DNA of 32,834 bases, taken from positions 1 to 32,834 of the forward strand of contig RBNJ01000332.1 of NCBI GenBank assembly GCA_003990765.1. Direction: 5' to 3'. The stretch's first letter is position 1. Each line of letters begins with the position of its first letter. Both the position numbers and the translations under genes were made by a program. Under the pieces are notes generated by a model. That model ran no database searches. It had not been told where the DNA came from and saw only the letters and a program-made list of their open reading frames with translations. Positions 25,495 through 32,834 of the stretch are shown piece after piece. This stretch comes from Jimgerdemannia flammicorona (Eukaryota).

Positions 25495-26433
25495 CAGTAC
25501 TCCAGTAAAGTCAAGTCAAAACTGGAGACTGGTTCCCATGCTTTGATCAAATCATTTGAGCTTCATTTGAATCCCATAGATCTTCCCTTTGGAACAGAGC
25601 TTTCCAGGATCTTTGAAATCATTCTCACCAAGTTTAACGAGATTATAACCCCTCCTCGTGGAGATATATACTAAAATATCAAGGAGATACCTCAAAATAT
25701 ACTACTGTGGGAAACTAGCCCATATTTTGAGAACCACCAAGGATCCCCAAGAACAAACGCCTCCCAAAATTCGCCAGAGACCTCAGCTACAATCTATCCG
25801 AAGCTAAAGACCATTCCCTAATTCATTGACAAGTTATTCAAGTTCTTCCAAAACCCTGATCAAAACTTCAAGTCTAAATATCTCTATAACCAAGAGATAT
25901 TTCAAGAAACAGAAATAAGGATAATTTTCTAGTAATTTGAGGCTATCTCCATGCCAAGTTTCAAGAAGATAGCTCTATTTCTTAGAAATTTCATGCTGCC
26001 TCTTTCTATAATAAGGAAATCAGTCAATATAGAGAAATCCGAATTTGGTTTGTCACCAAATCAAGCCATCCAAGCCTATCTGGATCAGTTAAGGCTGTAA
26101 TCTAGTCTTACAGATCTTGGACTCAATATTTCAATAAATAAAAATCTGTAAAATAATCAAATATAATAAACTATATCTAAAATAAATAAAGATATAATTA
26201 TTAAAAAATAAAAAAAAAATAAAAATTGGTTCTCTCTAAGATTCAAACTGGATCTTAAACCTAGGATAGCCAGAGCCTCATGACCCTTACTCAATAGCCT
26301 AACAGATAGACTGGGGAACTATTTTAATTATTTTCTGTCCAATTTTGATTATAACTATTTGAAATTATTAGAAATGACATCATTTATCAATATGGAGCAG
26401 TTATTACAGAAGACTTGCATTCTCTTATACTCA

Positions 26434-29400
26434 ACTTTCTTTAGCATTGCCAGAGTAAGTAGAGAGAGCTTCAGTTTTTAGAGTAGTCTAGAGAAGGGAG
26501 GTTAGTGTGATTATCAATTTTTTGTCACTGGGAGAAGAGAGGTTGGTACATTTATTGATTTTCATCACTAGATTGACTCTTACTCATATTCTCATATTCC
26601 TTTAGACTTCCTCTAGTATTGCCAGAGTAAGTAGAGAGAGCTTTAGTTTTGGAGTAGTCTGGAGAAGGGAGGTTGGCACAGTTATCAATTTTTGTTACTA
26701 GAGAAAGGAGGTTGGCATGGTTATCGATTTTTGTCACTAGAGAAGAGAGGTTGGTGCAATTATTAATTTTTGTCACTAGAGAAGAGAGGTTGGTACAGTT
26801 ATCAATTTTTGTCACTGGATTGACTCTCACTCACATTCTTATATTCCTTTAGACTTCCTTTAGTATTACCAGAGTGAGTAGAGAGAGCTTTAGTTTTGGA
26901 GTAGTCTGGAGAAGGAAGGTTGGTGTGGTTATTGATTTTTGTCACTGGAGAAGGGAGGTAAAGGAATATAAGAATGTGAGTAAGAATTAATCCAGTGATA
27001 AAAATCGATAACTGCACCAACCTCTCTTCTCCAGTAACAAAAAATCGATAACTACACCAACCTTTCTTCTCCAGACTACTCTAAAACTGAAGCTCTCTCT
27101 ACTCACTCTGGCAATACTAGAGGAAGTCTAAAGGAATATGAGAATATAAGTGAGAGTTAATCCAGTGACAAAAAAATTGATAACTACATCAACCTTCCTT
27201 CTCCAGTGACAAAAAATCAATAACTGTGCCAACCTCCCTTCTCCAGTGACAAAAAATTGATAACTGTGCCAATCTCTCTTCTCCAGTGACAAAAATCGAT
27301 AATCATACTAACCTCCCTTCTCCAGTGATAAAAATCAATAACTGTGCCAATCTCCCTTCTCCAGACTACTCCAAAACTGAAGCTCTCTCTACTTATTCTG
27401 GCAATACTAGAGGAAGTCTAAAGGAATATGAGAATGTGAGTGAGAGTCAATCCAGTAATGAAAATCGATAACTGTACCAACCTCTCTTTTCCAGTGACAA
27501 AAAATCAATAACTATGCCAACCTCTCTTCTCCAGACTACTCTAAAACTGAAGCTCTCTCTACTCACTCTGGCAATACTAGAGGAAGTCTAAAAGAATATG
27601 AGAATGCAAGTGAGAGTTAATCCAGTGATGAAAATCGATAACTGTACTAACCTCTCTTCTCCAGTGACAAAAAAATTGATAACTGCACCAACCTCTCTTC
27701 TCCAGTGACAAAAAATTGATAACTATACCAATCTCTCTTCTCCAGTAACAAAAAATTGATAACTGCACCAACCTCTCTTCTCTAGTGATAAAAATTGATA
27801 ACCATGCTAACCTCCCTTCTTCAGTAACAAAAATCGATAACTGCACCAACCTCTCTTCTCCAGACTACTCCAAAACTGAAGCTCTCTCTACTTACTCTGG
27901 CAATACTAGAGAAAGTCTAAAGGAATATAAGAATGTGAGTGAGAGTCAATCCAGTGATGAAAATCGATAACTGTGTCAACCTCTCTTCTCTAGTGACAAA
28001 AAATCGATAACCACACCAACCTCTCTTCTACAGACTACTCCAAAACTGAAGCTCTCTCTACTCACTCTAGTAATACTAGAGAAAGTCTAAAGGAATATGA
28101 GAATACAAGTGAGAGTTAATCCAGTGATGAAAATCAATAACCACACTAACCTCTCTTCTCCAGTGACAAAAAAATCAATAACCATGCCAACCTCCCTTCT
28201 CTAGTGACAAAAATCAATAACTGTGCCAACCTCCCTTCTCCAGTAACAAAAATCAATAACTGTACCAACCTCCCTTCTCCAGACTACTCCAAAACTGAAG
28301 CTCTTTCTTCTCACTCTAGCAATACTAGAGGAAGTCTAAAGGAATATGAGAATGTGAGTGAGAGTCAATCCAGTGATGAAAATTGATAACCATACCAACC
28401 TCTCTTCTCTAGTGACAAAAAATCAATAACCATACCAATCTCCCTTCTTCAGTGATAAAAATCGATAACTACACTAACCTCTCTTCTCCAGACTACTCCA
28501 AAACTGAAGCTCTCTCTACTCACTCTGGCAATACTAGAGAAAGTCTAAAGGAATATAAGAATGTGAGTAAGAGTCAATCCAATGATGAAAATCAATAACC
28601 ATGCCAACCTCTCTTCTCTAGTGACAAAAAATCAATAACTATGCCAACCTCTCTTCTTCAGACTACTCCAAAACTGAAGCTCTCTCTACTTACTCTGGCA
28701 ATACTAGAGGAAGTCTAAAGAAATATAAGAATGCGAGTGAGAGTTAATCCAGTAACAAAAATTGATAACTATACTAACCTCTCTTCTCCAGTGACAAAAA
28801 AAATCAATAACCACACCAACCTCCTCCCTTCTCCAGTGACAAAAAATCAATAACCATGCCAACCTCCCTTCTCCAGTGACAAAAAATTGATAATTGCACC
28901 AACCTCTCTTCTCTAGTAACAAAAATTGATAACCATATCAATCTCCCTTCTCCAGTGATAAAAATCAATAACTGCACTAACCTTCTCTCTTCTCTAGACT
29001 ACTCCAAAAACTGAAGCTCTCTCTACTTACTCTGGCAATACTAGAGGAAGTCTAAAGGAATATGAGAATGTGAGTGAGAGTCAATCTAGTGGAAAATCGA
29101 TAACCATGCCAACCTCTCTTCTCTAGACTACTCCAAAACCTGAAGCTCTCTCTACTTACTCTGGCAATGCTAGAGGAAGTCTAAAGGAATATAAGAATAT
29201 AAGTGAGAGTCAATCCAGTGATGAAAATCGATAATCACACCAACCTCTCTTCTCCAGTGATAAAAAATTGATAACTGTGCCAACCTCTCTTCTTTAGTGA
29301 CAAAAAATTGATAACTATGCCAACTTCTCTTCTCCAGTGACAAAAAATCAATAACTGTGCCAACCTCCCTTCTCTAGTAACAAAAATCAATAACTGTATC

Positions 29401-30460
29401 AACCTCTCTTCTCTAGTGATAAAAATTGATAACTGTGCCAACCTTTCTTCTCCAGTGACAAAAATCGATAACCATACCAACCTCTCTTCTCTAGTGACAA
29501 AAATTGATAACTGTGCCAACCTCTCTTCTCCAGAGACAAAAATTGATAACTGCACTAACCTCTCTTCTCTAGACTACTCCAAAACTAAAGCTCTCTCTAC
29601 TCACTCTGGCAATACTAGAGGAAGTCTAAAGGAATATGAGAATGTGAGTGAGAGTCAATCTAGTGATGAAAATCGATAACTGTGCCAACCTCTCTTCTCT
29701 AGTAACAAAAAATTGATAACTATACCAACCTCTCTTCTCCAGACTACTCCAAAACTGAAGCTCTCTCTACTCACTCTGGTAATACTAGAGAAAGTCTAAA
29801 GGAATATGAGAATGTGAGTGAGAGTTAATCCAGTGACAAAAATTGATAACTGCACCAATCTCCTCCCTTCTCCAGTGACAAAAAATTGATAACTACATCA
29901 ACCTCTCTTCTCTAGTGACAAAAAATCGATAACTGTACCAACCTCCTTTCTCTAGTGATAAAAATTGATAACCATGCCAATCTCTCTTCTCTAGTAATAA
30001 AAATCGATAACCACACCAACCTCCTCCCTTCTCTAGACTACTCCAAAAACTGAAGCTCTCTCTACTTACTCTGGCAATGCTAGAGAAAGTCTAAAGGAAT
30101 ATGAGAATGTAAGTGAGAGTCAATCCAGTAACAAAAATCGATAACCATGCCAATCTAGACTACTCTAAAACCTGAAGCTCTTTATACTTACTCTGGCAAT
30201 GCTAGAGGAAGTCTAAAGGAATATTAGAATGTGAGTGAAAGTCAATTCAGTGACAAAAATTGATAACCACACTAACCTCCCTTGTTTAGTGATGAAAATC
30301 GATAACTCTGCTAACCTCTCTTCAGTGATGAAAATTGATAACCATGCCAACCTCTCTTCTCCAGACTGCTCCAAAAACTGAAGCTCTCTATTTACTCTGG
30401 CAATGCTAGAGGAAGTCTAAAGGAATATATGTAATAAGAGAATATAAGTGAGAGTCAACC
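26434..30460. repeat. Complex satellite made of a 39-bp A unit and a 91-bp B unit; minus arm ~26434-26958, plus arm ~26959-30460
   Basis: A is approximately GTGACAAAAATCGATAACTGTGCCAACCTCTCTTCTCCA. B is approximately GACTACTCCAAAACTGAAGCTCTCTCTACTCACTCTGGCAATACTAGAGGAAGTCTAAAGGAATATGAGAATGTGAGTGAGAGTCAATCCA. By hand count the plus arm has ~15 B and ~53 A units. Confidence 0.95.
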
Positions 30461-30612
30461 TCAGATGGCTCTGGAAATGATACCTATGATATGATAAGCC
30501 CCTATCTGTAATATGATGAAGCCTCCACCTGTGATATAACAAAGCCCCCCCCATAACAAAGACTGCACTCTGCTCTTCTGTTATTCCCCTATTATATATA
30601 TATATCTTTACA

Positions 30613-31083
30613 ATGAGAAAGTGGATTCATTCTGCTAAACCAATCCAATGTAAAAAGAAGAAGGAGAGATATCATACTACCAGAATGGTTAAAAAGGAAG
30701 AAGATATCAATAGTTTGAAAGAAGATATTATCCTTTACCAGTTAGTTCTAAAAAAAGCTTGCCAAAATGGTGCAAAAGAAGATAACCAGACCATCAAGGC
30801 TTGTACAGAGTCAATCAAAAAACTATAAGAGAAACTACATATACTTTTGCCTGAAGATAATCAATCTGCTCCTGGTTCACCTTCATCTATTGCAACTGTT
30901 GCAACTGAAATAGTCATAGATTTTGCACCTCTATCTCCAGATAGAACATTTTCTTACAGATTGAAGTATGAGAAAAAGGAGCATTATCTAAGAGATATTC
31001 TACAATATGTTATAGATGCTTGGTTAGCTGATCTTCCTCTACCTCAATAGCTCTTAGCTAGTTTACAATATAGACAAAAGTGA
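30613..31083 (+). pseudogene. Stop-interrupted ORF (~156 codons) of unknown function within the repeat block
   Basis: ORFs 30613-30828 and 30847-31050 share one frame. They are separated by TAA (30826-30828) and followed by TAG (31048-31050), both one C-to-T change from Gln codons. The final TGA is at 31081-31083 and a (TA)n tract lies just upstream of the ATG. Confidence 0.55.
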
Positions 31084-31115
31084 TTTATATAGCCTAAGAT
31101 CTATAAGACTGAATT

Positions 31116-31313
31116 GTGGCCTTAAATCAAAGGCCAGTAACAGAGGCCAGTCACTCTAATAGTGGCCTTAAATCAGAGGCTAGTAGCAGAGGCCAGTCAC
31201 TCTAATGGCAGCCTTAAATCAGAGGCCAGTAGCAGAGACTAGTCACTTTAATGGTGGCCTTAAATCAGAGATCAGTAGCAGAGACCAGTCACTCTAATAA
31301 CAGCCTTAAATTG
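31116..31313 (+). repeat. 46-bp minisatellite, ~4.3 copies
   Basis: GTGGCCTTAAATCAGAGGCCAGTAGCAGAGGCCAGTCACTCTAATR starts at 31116, 31162, 31208 and 31254, with a partial copy at 31300. Confidence 0.92.
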
Positions 31314-31800
31314 ATTACATATCAAAATTGTTCCCTTTTGCTGAAATCCCCTTCAAGCTAGCCAGTTTCACAATTTTGATCTAAAATTGATAGAGAATGA
31401 TAAAGAGGAACTTGGCAAGAACAGTGAAAGAGAACTCTGCAAGATCAGTGAAGCTGCACCATTTAGGTATATCATTTAGGGATCATGTGCCCAAATAGTA
31501 TTTGATCTTAAATCAAACTTAGTGAAGGAGATTTAAGGCCAAAATTGTGAAACTGGCTGACTTGAAGGAGATTTCAGCAAAGGAGAACAATTTGGTAATA
31601 GATTTAAGGCCAAATACCATTTGGGTATATAATCTCCAAATGGTGCATCTAAATGATACAGCTTTACTAATCTTGCAGAGTTCTCTTTCATTGTTCTTAT
31701 CAAGTTCCCCTTCACTAAGTTCTTTATTGATTTAAGGCCAAAATTATGAAACTAGCTGGCTTGAAGGAGAATTTGACAAAGAAGAATAATTTTGGTAAAT
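31302..31800. repeat. ~205-bp unit in direct (31302-31530) then inverted (31530-31800) orientation
   Basis: CCCCTTCAAGCTAGCCAGTTTCACAATTTTG on the + strand is mirrored by CAAAATTGTGAAACTGGCTGACTTGAAGG and CAAAATTATGAAACTAGCTGGCTTGAAGG. Confidence 0.82.
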
Positions 31801-31803
31801 GAT

Positions 31804-31990
31804 TAGTGCTCCGAACGAATGGAGTTGATCCGGATGAGATTCGATTCAGATTCGTCATGTGATGGATTCGAATTAACTCGGATTGGTCTCATGATCTGAT
31901 CTGGATTGATCTGGATTGATCCGGATTGACCCATCCAGATTGACCCATCTGGATTGACCCATCTGGATTGATCCATTCAGATTGAAATCT
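31804..31990 (+). mobile_element. Putative DNA-transposon terminus with subterminal GATC(C/T)GGATT / GACCCATCTGGATT repeats
   Basis: There is an abrupt switch at TAGTGCTCCGAACG followed by dense short repeats, an architecture reminiscent of hAT ends. The partner end is not in the window. Confidence 0.4.
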
Positions 31991-32186
31991 TTGGTGACGT
32001 CACCCTTTCTTTTGTTCATTTCGCTCTTGTTTTTTTTTTCTGCTGCACTTTGGTGATATCACCCTTTCCTTTGTTCCCTTCTTTTCTTTGTTCTTTTTCT
32101 TTGTTCTTTCCTGCCACATCACGAGCAAACAAAACAGCAGCCCTAAATTCGTATGTTGGTCCAGTCTACTCATTTTTCACCCTGCA

Positions 32187-32704
32187 ATGATCATCAAAAG
32201 AGGGAGTATTCGAGGTGGAAACGCATTCTCTGCTGACAATGTTAGATTCTTTCTCATATGGACAGCACACAAGCTGCTCATCGAGAGCCAAAGGGGTGAC
32301 GGCAGTGGCAGTGGCGGTGGTGATGGCGATGGCGATGGCGGGAATGAGGGAGAATTCCGGCAACAACTCATGGTGGCCCTTCGGACCTCAGAATTCACAG
32401 ACCTCACAGCTACATATGTACGCGGCAGCCTTTTTGGAGCAGCCGATAGTAGATGTAGGTTGCTCACTCGGCCACCACTTGTTTACTTGTATTTATTTAT
32501 TTAAACTTCCCCAGCATGACCCAATTCACCTCATGCTTTTCTCAGGGTCCACAGCTCTACGGCGAGATCTGCTGACTTTATTCGCAACATCTGGTCAAGA
32601 TGAAGAAAGGCTGGCAGACGTTGCAGGGCATGCCTTTGGTGGCTGAGCTGTTGAGTCAATGCATCACGTGGCAGAGGTCTCAAAAGGAACAGAAGCAAGC
32701 CTTC
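32187..32704 (+). pseudogene. Spliced ORF of unknown function with a premature TGA, continuing beyond the window; exons 32187-32417, 32546-32704
   Basis: A GTACGC...CTCAG intron joins MIIKRGS...TDLTATY to GPQLYGEIC*LYSQHLVKMKKGWQ...KQAF in frame, with TGA at 32573-32575. The next intron starts GTAAGC and the window ends in an acceptor-like TTTATTTAATTTCA. Confidence 0.5.
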
Positions 32705-32718
32705 GTAAGCAATTCTTG

Positions 32719-32776
32719 TGCAACTCGTGCAACTCGTCGGCGTGCAACTCGTCGGCATGCAACTCGTCGGCATGCA
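32719..32776 (+). repeat. 15-bp tandem repeat TGCAACTCGTCGGCR (~3 copies plus a partial)
   Basis: Read directly, inside the predicted intron. Confidence 0.85.
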
Positions 32777-32834
32777 GCTCACTCACTCGCGCTCTTTTTC
32801 TGAAATACCCATCTCTGTGTTTTATTTAATTTCA

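Noticed and set aside
25234..25674. 146-aa ORF MALNQLLNCSP...
   Set aside because: It runs through the tandem ~205-bp repeat, starts at a non-ATG codon, and the other repeat copies do not preserve the frame.
26552..29679. Repeat-protein ORFs (VTKIDNCANLPSP / DYSKTEALSTYSGN...)
   Set aside because: B is 91-92 nt and the poly-A runs in A vary by single bases, so the frame is not maintained. These are by-products of the satellite, though a remote coding ancestor cannot be excluded.
26434..30460. CRISPR-like array (39-bp repeats with intervening sequence)
   Set aside because: The intervening 91-bp segments are copies of one another and the A units are directly tandem, so there are no unique spacers. 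No cas genes are present and the context is eukaryotic.
26959..30460. Hammerhead ribozyme / retrozyme in the satellite monomer
   Set aside because: CTGAAGC and GTGATGAAAA only partly resemble the CUGANGA/GAAA core, and I could not find the required flanking stems.
32573..32575. Selenocysteine or readthrough TGA (Cys-TGA context)
   Set aside because: No selenoprotein fold is recognisable and no SECIS can be assessed within the window. CGA>TGA decay next to a hypermutated block is the simpler explanation.

Overview
Eukaryotic, intron-rich fungal DNA. The combination of a Crinkler-like relic, an AGMO homologue, the intron style and AT-rich repeat blocks suggests an early-diverging fungus such as Mucoromycota/Endogonales; this is inference, not a database result. 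The first ~23.6 kb is gene-rich. I assembled five intact spliced genes by hand, each with a total exon length divisible by 3: a NIPA Mg2+ transporter (-), a DHA2-type MFS efflux transporter (+) that appears to need a single-nucleotide exon, a GPT2/SCT1-type glycerol-3-phosphate acyltransferase (+) with a 6-nt micro-exon, mitochondrial MTO1/GidA (+, 16 exons) and an unassigned IQ-motif/coiled-coil protein (-) with a GC-AG intron. This part also holds a frameshifted Crinkler-N/F-box relic and an alkylglycerol monooxygenase pseudogene whose 5' end is replaced by a decayed DDE transposase. From ~23.6 to 31.8 kb the DNA is AT-rich and CpG-depleted, with heavy C-to-T mutation. It contains the transposase relic, a 4-kb two-module (39/91-bp) higher-order satellite with an internal inversion, ~205-bp and 46-bp repeats sharing GGCCTTAAATC in inverted arrangement, and a stop-interrupted ORF. 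The window ends in a putative transposon terminus followed by a spliced ORF that has a premature TGA and runs off the edge.
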